The notes beneath the pieces are model-generated. The model saw nothing but the letters and a program-made list of their open reading frames with translations. It had not been told where the DNA came from and ran no database searches. Of a stretch of DNA of 64,000 nucleotides, positions 1 to 12,583 are shown piece by piece. This DNA comes from Pavona decussata (taxonomy: Eukaryota), in contig CDRNST010000310.1 in NCBI GenBank assembly GCA_977016875.1, positions 1,488,001 through 1,552,000 on the forward strand, given 5' to 3'. The translations under genes were made by a program, and so were the position numbers. The stretch's first letter is position 1; every line of letters begins with the position of its first letter.

Positions 1-171
1 CGGTACTACAGTTTAGTTGTCCAATGTTATTTACAGGATTTATAACAATCTGCTTTTAGTTTAGTCCCATATCGGCACTCGTGGTGATCAAGTGCTTTTC
101 AATAAAGGAGTATTAAAGGGAAGAATGCGAAAACCTAGATTCAAAACCATTATTGACGTTTTCTTGTTTCT

Positions 172-1120
172 TTACCTGTGTATGGGCCTTCCTTTGTAGT
201 TCAAATTACCCTTTATCATGTTTATCCTCGTATACACTCCTACAGTATCTTCCAACTGCATATCTCGCTGTTTATTCTCTTCTAATCGTTCCTGCCTCTT
301 CGTCTTACGTCTCACTGTCTGGCGTCTTAGAATCTCGCGTTTGACCGCACGTGGAATGATGGACTCCTCCATGAATTGCAAACCAGACTGCATGGTAGGC
401 CTGGAACCGTGATCTCGAGTGGTCTCTGGAGCAAGGGGCCGGCGAATGCTTTTGATTTGCCGACAGTCACCCTTCGCTTGCATTCCACGTAAGGAAGCCA
501 GGTGATGCTTGTCCCCATCAATGATGCTTCCAAAAGGGGTTAAACCTGTAAGATATTGAAAACATCTAAAAATTGTTTTTCAGAGACAATCTGTAGCATA
601 ATTCCTGTTTTGAGTTCTAATACGTTGAGATCATCAAGCCCAGATTGACAATAAATAAATAAATAAATAAATAAACAAATAAAGGGTAAAGTTGTCGAGT
701 GCAAACTATTTGGTCTAAAAGAAGTGTAAGATAAACAACTAGAACAATTTTCATGTTATAATAATGGAAATAAAAATTGAGGCTTTGAAATAAAATCATG
801 GACTCCTTAGACTCTTAAGGAACGTTGTATCTCCTACCTTCAATTTGACAATTCAGATGATGGACTATTTGTTCAAGGTTTGTTTTCTCTTCCCTGTATT
901 TCCTCAAACTAATTGCTGATTTCTCTTCTAACAACTGCAATTTCTGCATTAACGAAACGTTGTCCCTGCGATTTTTGCCACCACAAACCTTTCTTGTTGT
1001 GTTGTACATTCTATCGCCGTCCAAACAATACGTATACGGCTGTATACACGAGGGTGCACTCGCGTAATCTTGATCATTGCCAAGATATTTTGTATATCTA
1101 TGGCTTGTCTTAAAATTCAT
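172..1120 (-). CDS. Uncharacterised coiled-coil protein A (exons 1120-838 and 545-172; may instead splice onward at 176 beyond the window)
   Basis: ORF 815..1120 has donor GAAG|gtagga at 838/837. Acceptor ttacag|GT at 546/545 joins in phase 1 (..QIE-G-LTPFGSIIDGDKHHLASLRGMQAK..) into the frame of ORF 172..483. Confidence 0.65.
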
Positions 1121-2895
1121 GATTCAAAATTCTCCAGCAAATTTCAAGTGCGTTTACTTTTTTCTTGTTTTGCACTGCATTAAATTTTTAATCATGGGAA
1201 AACAATTAAGTTATCGATTGGTATTAATAGCTGTGAAATGATGTAATGTCGACACGAATGCATTAGCAAGCGTCAGAAGACGCCGCAAAAGTGTAGAAAA
1301 GCTCAGTCATTAAAAATAATCAAAATGCAGTTTATTTATTGTAGGTGCTCGGATTTCTTGTTAATTTAACAGAATGGAGTTAGCAATACTTATATTCTTG
1401 TTGTTCGTCTTAGTCTTTCTTTGCCTTTTATTCTATACTCAAACTGAAAATTTTCTTCTCTGTCTATCACTTACTTGGTAAAAAAAATAAATTCTCGTCA
1501 AGTGTGAAACTCCACATTGGTCCATTATCGCTAATTACTAAACTCGCGCATTCGTTTGTCAATACGTATTAGAAATGAAAGCACAATAGTCGCTAGCTAT
1601 CGAGTGCACTAAAAAAGACAACCTGCAATGATGAAGACTGTCATTCTTGCAGACCCAAGGGAAGATAGCAGGGGTGAGGAACAAGTCGAAACGAAGGGGG
1701 AAAAAGGCCACGAGGAAAAAAAATTTTATAAGAAGAAGTGATGTTATTATTCATACATTGGTTTTATTTTTTTAACTCCAAACTTCCTGTCTCCCCGATC
1801 TTTTCAAATAGCTGTCAATTCAATTCATTTTTCATGAGGTTTGGCCTCTGGCTTTGTTTTTTCAACCAATATTTCGACAAAAGACAGCCTTTCATTTTTC
1901 ATTTTTGTCCTTCTAGACTGATGTGAGTTGGATGTCATGAGGGCATCACTGGTTTCTAAGCAACACGGTTACCTCAACAACGAAAATCACATTCCCCTAA
2001 TGTTCAACCAGAAAGATTTCCTTAAAAGCATGTCAGAAACTTTAAAGGAAAATCTCTATGCAAAGAAAATTCAGGAAGATTTTTAGGAAATGAAATAGAT
2101 TTCTGAGCTGAACTGACTTGGCCTACAAACGAACCCTTCACTGTCTTGATATTTCACATGGTATTTCAACTTCGATTCAACCGCATTTTCCCATTTATAA
2201 AAGGTGATATTTACGTTGGTGGTAAAAAACAAACAAAAGTTCCTCACCGCTGTATCTCAACTCACTCAACACGTTTATTTTTTACTGCAACAAAACATTT
2301 GCAAATTGTATCAAAAACGTAGTGAGAATAAATGCGTTCTCAGCCATGCATGTAGCCAATTGTTAGCTTCATTTTATCATTCCTGGCACGTATCATTCTT
2401 TCCTGTTCGAAAGTCTTTTATTTTGAAATATTCGTGAAAGCTAGCGGTGACGGCGAAGAAGGACAAGCGTATTTTCGGTACCCAACTTGACTGGAGCAAC
2501 GAGAAAGAAACTGAATTTTACTTCGAACATATCATTAGCATCGCACAGGAAACGAGTCCAATTTTCTTTCACGCAACAGAAACAAACTTTTTTGGCGTGT
2601 TAAAACTTACATTATATTTTATTTATTTTGCCATAATTCACACATTACAAATTACAAAATACAGGTTTACAGGTAAGAAGTGGTGGGGAAATCTAAACGA
2701 AACTACGAGGTTTATAAGAAATTAGGTTTCCTCACGAAATACACTACAAAAGTGAATAAACAAGTACTTAATTATGGATGAGTTAGAGGTAGTAGATCGG
2801 AGAACAAATCAGTTCTACATTATAACACTTGAATTAATCAACGGCCAGGAAAAGGCCTCACAAAATCCTAGCTTTTCGTCTTAATCCAGTCAGGT

Positions 2896-3289
2896 TCAAA
2901 ACTGCTTTCCACGACTTGTGGCAAATTTATCGCCAGGTACTGCTCAACTTCAAAGAACACGCCCATCAAAATTTATTCATTATCCTTCTTTCACTAAACG
3001 TTTCACGATGGATATTCTGACAACTCTTACCTGTTTTCTGTAGACGTAAACTGTAAAGAACCCATTGAAGATTTCTCGTATCGCTTTTATACCGCTGAAT
3101 CCTCTTTTCGCTGTTTTTTCTGAGATCAACAAGCGTGGACTGCAGTAAGCCAAATTCACGTCGTTCCTTGCACAAAAAACAACGTTTGGCGTCTTTATTG
3201 ACCCTGAAAATATCCACAGTCTCTTCCCTGAAGCGACTTTCATTTTCCTTCGTTATCGGCTTAATTTTTGCGTTTGTTGACAAATTCAT
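2896..3289 (-). CDS. Uncharacterised small coiled-coil protein B (about 100 aa), paralogue of protein A (exons 3289-3031 and 2939-2896)
   Basis: ATG at 3289, donor ACAG|gtaaga at 3031/3030, acceptor gagcag|TA at 2940/2939 giving VPGDKFATSRGKQF*. Ungapped similarity to protein A and the same phase-1 intron position. Confidence 0.55.
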
Positions 3290-4846
3290 TCTCTCTCCGT
3301 CGATAGAGAGAGAGAAAAGCACGATTCAGCCTGACTCAGTGAAATTTTGATTTTGATTTACCTGATGAAGTTTGTGCGTTAAATGTTTTTAGTCGGCTTT
3401 TTCGTTCCCTAAAATAGCATATCCAGCTGTATAATTGTTTTAAAAATAATGGCAAGCAAAACACGGGAAAAATATTCCACACTACATTCTCCGGAAATTT
3501 GTTATCGGCATTCAAGCGGCGAGAAATTAAGAACGGTATTTTCTTCCTTTATAGATAATTTAAAATGCTGACGCCCGCGCTGTCGTTTACAGCCAGCTTA
3601 TAGATTTAATTTCCTTTTATTTTTCTCAATAATGCGTCTGTTATCTTGCTGAAAGCCGTCAATCTCAGCATTTATGGGGGGTCCGAACGAAACCAAGGGT
3701 GATTTATTACGCTATGCGTGGTTGAACTGATGCATAACTGTGGCCATTCCAAACAATATATAGCTAATATATCGAATAACGCATTTTTTGGGTGTATGTA
3801 TTTTTTCATGTTCTGTTCTTGGATGTGGCACTTTTTAAATGCAGTCATCGTTCTTTAGTAGAAGCTTAAGCGTTAACCAACGCGATCGCATCCGCCTACT
3901 GCTGCAGGTGAAACGAGGCTTTTTGTTAACGGAGGAAACAAACAAACAAACAAACCAACAAACGAACAAACAAATCAAAAGAAACGGGCCGCTACCCACA
4001 GGATCAATATAGAACTATCGATAAATCTGTTGTTTTAGTTGTTCCTTAGCTTCTTTATTCGTTCAGACAGCCAAAGCTTTGCCTACTCAGTTTGCTTGTG
4101 ATGTTCGATAGAAGCTGATGACATTTTTGTGGTATTTTTAGTCGCAATACAGCTGTCAGCAGGGCCCAATTAGCGCTAAAGCCTCTTTCCGAGTCATGCA
4201 ATCGAGAACCGGCTTCAGTTCCTGCTTTTCCCTTTGCTGTCTGCGTCGGGTGGCATAACTCGCGGCGGTACGTTTCACGTAAAAATGAAATAAGACTGGC
4301 TGCTCTTATGGTTGCGCTACGCGTGTTATAGGAACACCTTCTTTAATTGATTTTCATACTTTCGCCGGTTAGATAAAACAACCAATTAAGAATGGACGCG
4401 ATAGCCAACAGTACCTGACCAATTAATTTTAACGGCATGTGCTCATTCATTCAAAGGGTTTGAATCCTCTGGAATTTGAAAATGATCTTCGAAACGATTA
4501 AGTTGCGCCATTGCGTTCGAGAAAAGAAAGCTTGGATTCATACTGATCTGGGGAAGAGCGAAATTCGCTCGAACTAAAGAGCGTTGGAACAGGAAAAATC
4601 AAACTGGCCCCAAGTTCGTTGATGATACAAAGGTTCACGACATTATAAATTTGTTTTGGCTAATATCTTTATCGAATAATAAAAAAAACTTCTCCCTTCT
4701 TTTGACAGTCTACTTCCAGTTCCCACTGAAAACATTTTATCATTCTGGTCCTTATTTTATTACAAGTCCTGACAAAATCACTTTACAAACCAAACCAAAT
4801 ATCGAGAAAAATACTTAATATTGACAGCATATGAATGAATCATGGA

Positions 4847-5134
4847 ATAGAGCGGTTTGTAAATGAGTGTAGTAAAATCAAAAGAAAAGTAATTATTCTG
4901 GCCAATCAGGAGCTAAGATATAACAGCGCAATGAACCAATCAAAATTCGAAGCAAACACATGTAACCGGCGTCAAGCGCGGGAAAACACGTTCGCGCAAG
5001 TCACGATTGGGTTTGGTGCTGTTTCTCATTGGTTGAGAAAGTGGCGCGAGTTTTTTAACCAATCACAGAGCGAGGTAAAGCAAGGGTGAAGCAAACGTGA
5101 ACTTCTTTTGACACTCAAATGAAAACCGCTCTAT
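4847..5134. mobile_element. MITE-like non-autonomous DNA element
   Basis: Terminal inverted repeats atagagcggttt...aaaccgctctat around about 290 bp with no convincing coding content. Confidence 0.65.
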
Positions 5135-5783
5135 ACAAATTGAATAACATCTCTATTTACAGTGTAATATGAAGCCACAAAGCCTTATACAGTAGATATT
5201 AACCTTTCATGTTGCTGCTAACCTATATTCCTTTCAAATGTTTTTGAATCGCTATTGAACAAAAATTCCTAAAAGCGGGAAATACCATAATACCCTGATC
5301 ATAAAATCATTTCAAAGTACGTGAAATTTATAGGGGAGCTTTTTCATCGGGAGAGGGGGATGGGATTTGCTCTTCACGACGAAATCATTTAAAACAACTT
5401 GAAAAGACATAAACTGACCAACAACCCAAAACAAATTTGAAAAGCTTAACGTTACTAATTCATGGGCATATATTCAGAAACGCTTATTATAACAAGGATT
5501 TTGGCGGACTTTGGAGAGGCTTCCATTCGGAATTTAACGGTGTTTTAGAGGTCGTTATTTAATAAAGTAAACCAAGCAAAAAATACTTTCATTGTTAGGT
5601 CCTTTGCGGTGATTTGTTTCTTTTCTGTGACGAATTTTATTGTGACTTGTATAATTAGCGAATGCATGTAAATACATGTAATTTTAAGTATACCTTTCGG
5701 AACCACGCCACATGGCAACATTCTTTAATTAAAGTGCTTTACAGAAAGGTTCAATCTCGAAGGGCTTGCGATTTTTCTTATTA

Positions 5784-5971
5784 CAGTCAACTCCCTTTAT
5801 TGCGGACACCCACAGGATCGCGGGTTAGTATCCTTAACAGAGAGAGAGTCCATAATAGCGGGAATTTATTTGAATCAAACTCTGTACTCTATTTTTGCCG
5901 GAGATTTCGCTGCTGTCCGTATTACCGGGGTGTCCGTAAAAGCGAGGTGTCCGCAAGGCGAGAGTTGACTG
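5784..5971. mobile_element. Tc1/mariner-type MITE just downstream of the DCDC2-like stop codon
   Basis: TA|cagtcaactc...gagttgactg|TA: terminal inverted repeats with TA target-site duplication, plus internal inverted gcggacacc/ggtgtccgc. Confidence 0.75.
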
Positions 5972-6056
5972 TACTGCAAGAGGCAGTTTTTTTTTTTTGC
6001 AATTTGGCATAAAACATCTAGCACCGGCCAACTGTATGAAATGAGGTCAGAGGCCC

Positions 6057-7847
6057 TCAAGCGTTTTTACTGTCACTAGCTTCTTTACCAGGCACTGAGT
6101 TGTTATTTGAATCAAGGGATGCATCCCCCCTTGCTTGATTTACCGATTCACTCTTAGCTACATTATCATCTCCGGAATTGACCCCATCTTTGCCTTCCTC
6201 AGATTCGTTTGAGTGGTCTTCAGATTTTTCAGGTTCCGAGCTAGAAAGTATGTTGTCATTATTTTCATCAGCATCAGTTGTACTAACTGCTTTATCGGCA
6301 GACGAAGATGCAGGCAATACATCGCCATCTTCGTTCTCTTGCTCGCTCGGCGCTGAATCATCGATTGCTTTCTTGATGTGAGTTTCAGATGACCCAGTGG
6401 GATTGTCGCTGTCTTTTAGCAATTGACGAGAATTTTCATTCTTGTTGGCACTTTCATCAGCTGGTCTTGATTCAGATTCAATTTCGGGTTCGTTGTTTTC
6501 CCAAGCCTGGAGTTGCGATTTGTCAAGCTTATCCGCGACTTGCGCCTTCTTAGAATCATCTTCAATAATTTCAACTTCATCTTCATCTTCAGTCCTTTCA
6601 TTTTCTTTCCTTTCATCTTGGTCTTCTTCGTAGGAAATTTTCGTCCCTGCATTTTCGACTTGCTCAAGCACTTCCTCCATAACTTCCTCTGCCGGAAGTA
6701 AATCAATCGGTTTCTCTTCTTTCGTCTGGCGCGTGTCATTAACTTGATCTGCTTTCTCCTGCATCAAGCCACTGGCCTTAAACACATTCCCAACAGTTGA
6801 GGTGTCGTCCTCGTCGTTTTCTGCTTTCACCAGGGATACTTCTCCAGGTACTGGGGTGTCATCTTCAAGCCATCCAGGTGGCGAGGAAGATATTGTAAAA
6901 TTATTCATACTTTCAACGTCCTGTGACATGCGTGGCTGGAGCAGACCGTGAACAGTCGGTGGGTCTGGAGACGAGTTGCGAATGACGTCGCGCGGTGATG
7001 TCAGGGACGTGATGTTGGTAACACGTGACTGATCACGTGATTGCTCGCTGCCTTTGCTTTCAATGTTATTTTTTGTTACTCGCGGTTTTCGCTTCGCCAC
7101 GTCGTTTCTTGGCAGTCGACCTGTGTTGGTCAACTGGCCGTTGCCTATCTGGGGTAGAAACGGCGCTCGAGGGCTCCTTGTAAGCGAAGAGGCGCCTCCT
7201 CCGTAATTCATTCGTTTAAAAGATCGTCCCCGTTCCACTGCTACGTAATCTCCTCCGGAGATTAAATCGGCCGGCGTTAAGATAAGTTTACCATCTTTGG
7301 TATACAGTGCCGCAATAGCAGCCGCCAAGAAAACATGTTCCTGTACGATGTTCAAAATCTGTTCCATGCTCTGCTGCAATCGCTTTTGCAGAACTATTTT
7401 CACTTTGGGTTTGAACACGTCTCCATTACAAAACACGTAAAGTATTTTCAAATCACGTTTTCCCCACTCATAATCCATCTTATGCCTTCCCTCCGTAACA
7501 AAGACATTTTTCTTGGGAGAATTGTTCGTTTTACGAGGGGGACGCGGTTTTGAGACGCCAAGATCCGCATAGTTCAACTTTTTAAATTCCTCTCTCCCGG
7601 CAGCCACGTACACACTCTTGTTTCTAATGCTTTCAAGGTTCTGCACCGGCCGGCCACCGATCGGCGTGCAGATTTTTCGTACCGCGTTAAACGCTGAAAT
7701 GTGCGCCGTCACCTGGTCATACAAGGCTTCCATTGTCCGTATGTGCCGTCTGTTGATAACAAGCGTTTTACCCAGAAAGTTACGGTTTCCATTCTTGTAA
7801 ACTTTAACAGTGACTGTTGGAGCGAAAGTTGACGCCACTGCTGCCAT
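6057..7847 (-). CDS. DCDC2: Doublecortin domain-containing protein 2-like, 596 aa, single-exon CDS
   Basis: Two DCX repeats (VYKNGN..AVRKICTPIGG..YVAAGREEFKKLNY; VFCNGD..LYTKDGK..YVAVERGRSFKRMNY), the DCDC2-type motif VFKASG..KPIDLLPAEEV and an acidic tail. Acceptor ttcccag a few nt upstream of the ATG implies a 5'UTR intron. Confidence 0.88.
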   Translation of the reverse strand: MAAVASTFAPTVTVKVYKNGNRNFLGKTLVINRRHIRTMEALYDQVTAHISAFNAVRKICTPIGGRPVQNLESIRNKSVYVAAGREEFKKLNYADLGVSKPRPPRKTNNSPKKNVFVTEGRHKMDYEWGKRDLKILYVFCNGDVFKPKVKIVLQKRLQQSMEQILNIVQEHVFLAAAIAALYTKDGKLILTPADLISGGDYVAVERGRSFKRMNYGGGASSLTRSPRAPFLPQIGNGQLTNTGRLPRNDVAKRKPRVTKNNIESKGSEQSRDQSRVTNITSLTSPRDVIRNSSPDPPTVHGLLQPRMSQDVESMNNFTISSSPPGWLEDDTPVPGEVSLVKAENDEDDTSTVGNVFKASGLMQEKADQVNDTRQTKEEKPIDLLPAEEVMEEVLEQVENAGTKISYEEDQDERKENERTEDEDEVEIIEDDSKKAQVADKLDKSQLQAWENNEPEIESESRPADESANKNENSRQLLKDSDNPTGSSETHIKKAIDDSAPSEQENEDGDVLPASSSADKAVSTTDADENNDNILSSSEPEKSEDHSNESEEGKDGVNSGDDNVAKSESVNQARGDASLDSNNNSVPGKEASDSKNA

Positions 7848-8256
7848 TCTGTTTGCCTGGGAACAGAATCAGTTGGTTAGCAACACACATCCTAGTTTCC
7901 TTTATCACGGTTTTGATATAACATGCATTTTTGACAGAAAAGGTAACTGAACCCTTTCACATACCTTCCACAGAAAAAGGTAGCCCTTTCACATACCCAC
8001 AGTAGAAAAACTGCTTTCTTTTCGGTTGGTCTGTTCGAGATATCTTAAAAGTCCCTTCTAAATACCTAAATGACAGTTTTCTCTGATTAGCCTGGTGAGT
8101 TCTAAAAGTAAAACGAATACTGAGTTTTTGCTTCGTAAAGAACGATTTGTGAATGTTTCAGTGTTCATGTGCAAATGTTAGCCGCGGCGAAATATGAAGA
8201 ATTATGAATGAAACCCCGGCGGGTTGATTCTGAAATTTAACTTGCACACCTTACAC

Positions 8257-8331
8257 TAGCCTCCTACACAGACGTTCTTAGGGGTTCAGGAACGCGTGAC
8301 GAACCCCTAAGAACGTCTGTGTGGGAGGCTA
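8257..8331. mobile_element. 75-bp palindromic mini-MITE (TAGCC...GGCTA) with 9-bp TSD
   Basis: accttacac|tagcctcctacacagacgttcttaggggttc...gaacccctaagaacgtctgtgtgggaggcta|accttacac. Confidence 0.8.
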
Positions 8332-11300
8332 ACCTTACACCTGCGATTTATAGTATGTATATATTTTTTTTACACAAAAAGCAACAACAATAACAACAAC
8401 AAAACCACACACTTAGAGAGATACAGTGCAAACTCTGAGACCTATTTCGACGGATGATTAGAATTAGTATATATATCTAATAAATTTTTGTTTTTCTTGA
8501 TTCTAATTGCTATAGCAACAATTTCTGTTTCCCCTAACAACAGAGAAGATCTGTGAAACAGAGCACGTATGTTTGCGTTTATATTTCAGCCAATCAAAGC
8601 TGGCGCATGCAAATTTTGGTCTAAGTGGTAGCGAATTCATTAACGTTCTTTTTGTTTGAATGATGTAAACTTGCATAGAATATTTACAAAATAAATTAAA
8701 CCGTTGTTTTCTTCTGGATAATGACTTCATCTACAGTTTTGGAGTACCAAAAGTGTTAAAATGCGAGTTACTTGTAATTAAAGAGGAAGAAAGACTATAA
8801 TCTGGAAAAATATATACAAAATTTAAACTTTAAAAATTTGACTGTTTAACACTTTAACTCTACGCTGTGTCAATCATATATTTTCGAGTTATGCCGACCT
8901 TTGAATTCATTGCCAAAACATTTAATTTTAAAATCGAATTTTTTAACGAATTTGTATGGGCAGACACAGTCGCCAGTGGTTTCAAAACATTGCGGCTATT
9001 TGACAAACAACCAGTTTGAAATTCCGGCAATATCACTCGAGGGGCCTTTGTTCAAAAGTTCTTTCCTTCGAATAAAAAGCAAATGTTTGACCTTCGGTTT
9101 GACAGTTGCTGTATAGATGTTGTTAATAATCGATTTTTTCACGTTCCAGAATCTCTAGGCAAATCAGTGTTTAGCAGGCAGAACACGAAGACCAATGGTG
9201 ACTAATTTCGTTTCTAAGCTGTTATCATCGCTAATATTTTAAGGCTTGTCCGTCGTGGCATCTAATGAGAATGTTTAACACAAATAGTTCAACTTTCCAA
9301 GATCGTTTTGGGCCTTTAAGAGGGACTTTTTTGTGCGAAAACGAAGATTGATCTTTTAGAATTCTTCAGCTGAAATTTGAAGTCGAGAAAATCAGTTTTA
9401 GAGAACAGATACACTATCCCCCGAATTTACGAGCTGATGATCGCTTTTCGAAAATCCTACCTTTCCTTGTTTCGTTTGTTTAAAATCATTTTCATCCCCA
9501 TCGAAAACAAAATGAATTAACTTTCTCATCTTACGAAAGATTTAGGCGACAAAACATCCAAGACAACTCTAGTTTTTTCTTGCATAAATTCAATTAGAAA
9601 TGATTTCGCACACGGTTTAGGCCTTTTGAAAAGATGTTTACCGAAATGAAACGTTGGGTGCCTCGGATTTAATAGGATAAAGGCGTATATAACAGATGTT
9701 GAATTTAAAACAAACATGGTAACCATGAAGGTCGAGCGGCACAACATTTGGCCACAAGTATAAAATCACTGGAGTTGACCGAATCAGCACTTTACTATCA
9801 AATGCCTGTTCCGTGCATGCTCTTGTTCTGTCGTTTTGGAAGTTAATTTTGACTAACGTTGTAAATACTCTGACTTCGCAGAAACTGAAAAAAAAGTACT
9901 ATTCGGCATAATGTACTGTAATTGTAATTTGAATGGTTACTTACTACTTTTCTAAGCTCTCAGCTCAAACGTTTATGCTTGCAACAAGCGCACACCTCAG
10001 AATAAAAGTTAAAGTTTGATGATACAAGTTACGACATTTGAAATCCTCGACGTTTGTGGCGAAGATCACATCTGAGAGCTAGCGTCATACGTGGCCGCTT
10101 GCGGGTTGCAATGAAGGTTTAAAATAAAATGAACTTCAGCGAAAAAGCGCGCTGTTGTTGTGTTAGCGATACTAATACTCGCGATTCTGTCAGACAAAAA
10201 TAGCCTTTTATTTAAGTGATACTAGAAACTAGAGCAGTTTATATAATTTTTGTCCGAAAATATCTGAATTTGTAGGTCCATATACTTCTTCCACTAGCAA
10301 AATTTTCAAAGTGAGAGATTGAAATTTTCATGTGACCAGTACTCAATGCCAATAAATTGATTATCACTCACTTGTTGGCAACCTGTTTACCAGCCGCCCA
10401 ATCTTCCTCTCTTCCCTGTCGGAGTTTTCGTGTCAGAAATGTCTTCACGGTTTCCAACGCAAATGAAATCTGTACAAGAATAAAAGAGCTGGATTATATT
10501 TAGTGACGATCGCTCTAAATTCATTATGAATTCCTGCCGATTAACTAACGTTGTTGTGGCAATGCACGGAGTTGAGTTTTCTGTAATATATAATTGGATT
10601 AGTCGCACGTTTGAAAGCCCTTGAACTGGCTCACAGTCGCGGATGCGCCAACGTTACGTTTTTATTTACTTCCTTTAATAACTGATATTTTTCAAATCAA
10701 ATTATATGATTGACACCGATCATGCCAGTGAGGTAACAAAAATGTAGCCAGAGAGGTAGTTCTTATTCATATTATCAACAATTCTACAAAAAAACAAATT
10801 AGTAAAAATCGGGTAGAAAATACAGCTCGTCATGAATGTACGATCCTCCAAAAAAAAAAATCCCAGATAGATTGCGAACTTTTGATTTGAAAAATTCTTA
10901 GGTCGATAAATCGAATCGCTGAAATCGCGGTTTTTTATTTTTTGATTGATCATGAGCTCGCAAAAATAATTTTGTAACTAATAATCAGAGAAATACGAGA
11001 CGGTTTCATAGCACGATAATTTTGTCGATTCTGTCCTAATTTTTCTTTCATTCACATCTTGTTAGCTTTTTCCTAGTACCTTCCCTCCCAAGACCATCCG
11101 TTAAGCATCATTATATCCAAAAGAAAGAAATAATTCACAAAAATTATAATCTCAATCATGGCCTGCATTCTACACTAACGACATACCTTCTCGACTTGCT
11201 AATCACCTTGATGCCAAAATTTCAGTTACGAAATTCTTCTATTTCGGTAATCTTTCGATTAAACTTTCTGCTTTCATCCATCTTAAATTAGTGAAAAACG

Positions 11301-12583
11301 TTTCTATAATTCAAGATGGCTGACAACGCTTACGTTTGGAGTGGCAAAACATTTAGCATATGGAAATTTTTAATCTATATTATAATGACGGAAAGCGGTG
11401 TTGTTTCAAAGTGACAAGAAAAAAAAAGGTGAAATTAATTTTGTGTAAAGCTAGTTGCTTTGCTCGTTGCGTTGTCAATAAAGTCGCGGGAAGTGCCTCG
11501 ATAAAAGGATTTTTTGACTCTTATTTCGGGAAATAAGAAAAAAAAAAAAAAAAATACGACGGAGGTGGTTTTGAGTTCCCATAGTTACAAATACATAGCA
11601 ACAAGGTGTTATCGGGGAAAGCGATCAAAAGTAAATAGTTTTAATGTTTATATAAGAAGGTTAATAAATTCAAATAGCTTGCGTTTGTAAATGAAGCAGT
11701 GTTTACTTTGCATGAAAAGAAACGCACTTGTTGTTTTGCGTGAAAACCCTTCAGAGACTGTCGAACTTTTAGGAGATTTTTATCAGGTATTAAATAAAAG
11801 AAAGCGAAGTTTAAAGGCAAGGTAATGTACGGAAACGTGATATTTCCCGTGGAGCCGCTACAGTTTGTAGAGCTTTAACCATATATAGTGAAGTCATTGT
11901 TTGTATGTTCAAGTATCAAGGAGCATTCGTTTTCAACCCCAAACACCTCTTCCTTTTGCGCATGACTGATGTTGAGACTTGCGCAGTGAAATCAGAAGCT
12001 CTGAGCTAGAGGCCGAGAATGCCATTCTCTATCCCAGAGACTTTGGCTTAATTGGACAAATCCTGCCGTCGGTTATGCGCAAAAAGGAAGAGCCGGCTGG
12101 GTTCGAGAATGTCGAATGGTTACTTTTGGGAAGAAAAACGATCCATACCTAGAGTCCGCGAGCTTCTCGGTCAGTTGTCTGTCACCAGGACAACCAACCA
12201 TTGCCTAAAGAATCTAAGGGCACTGGAGTACAACTCCCGACAAACTTATGGTGGGAAGTTCAAAGAGAAATTTTTGACTTTAAATCTAAAAGGTAGAAAA
12301 TAAACATGTTACTAAAATAAAAGACTTAAAAGTTTTGGCAATTAATATTTTATTTGATTGTTGAGTCTCAGGAGAGACGCCTTGCTTTAATTTAGTTTCC
12401 AAAGAACACTGTCGCCTTAAGTGGCCGGAAATTTAATGACTAAGATCCCAGCACCCCAAGCAAGCTGCGGTTCTCCACACCACTGGGTCTGTCTGTTTAC
12501 TCAGGCTAGGAAAAAGCCGAATTGGAGCACTCTTCGCCCGGTTAAGTTAATTGACAATTAATATTAAGAACGTAAGGAAATAG

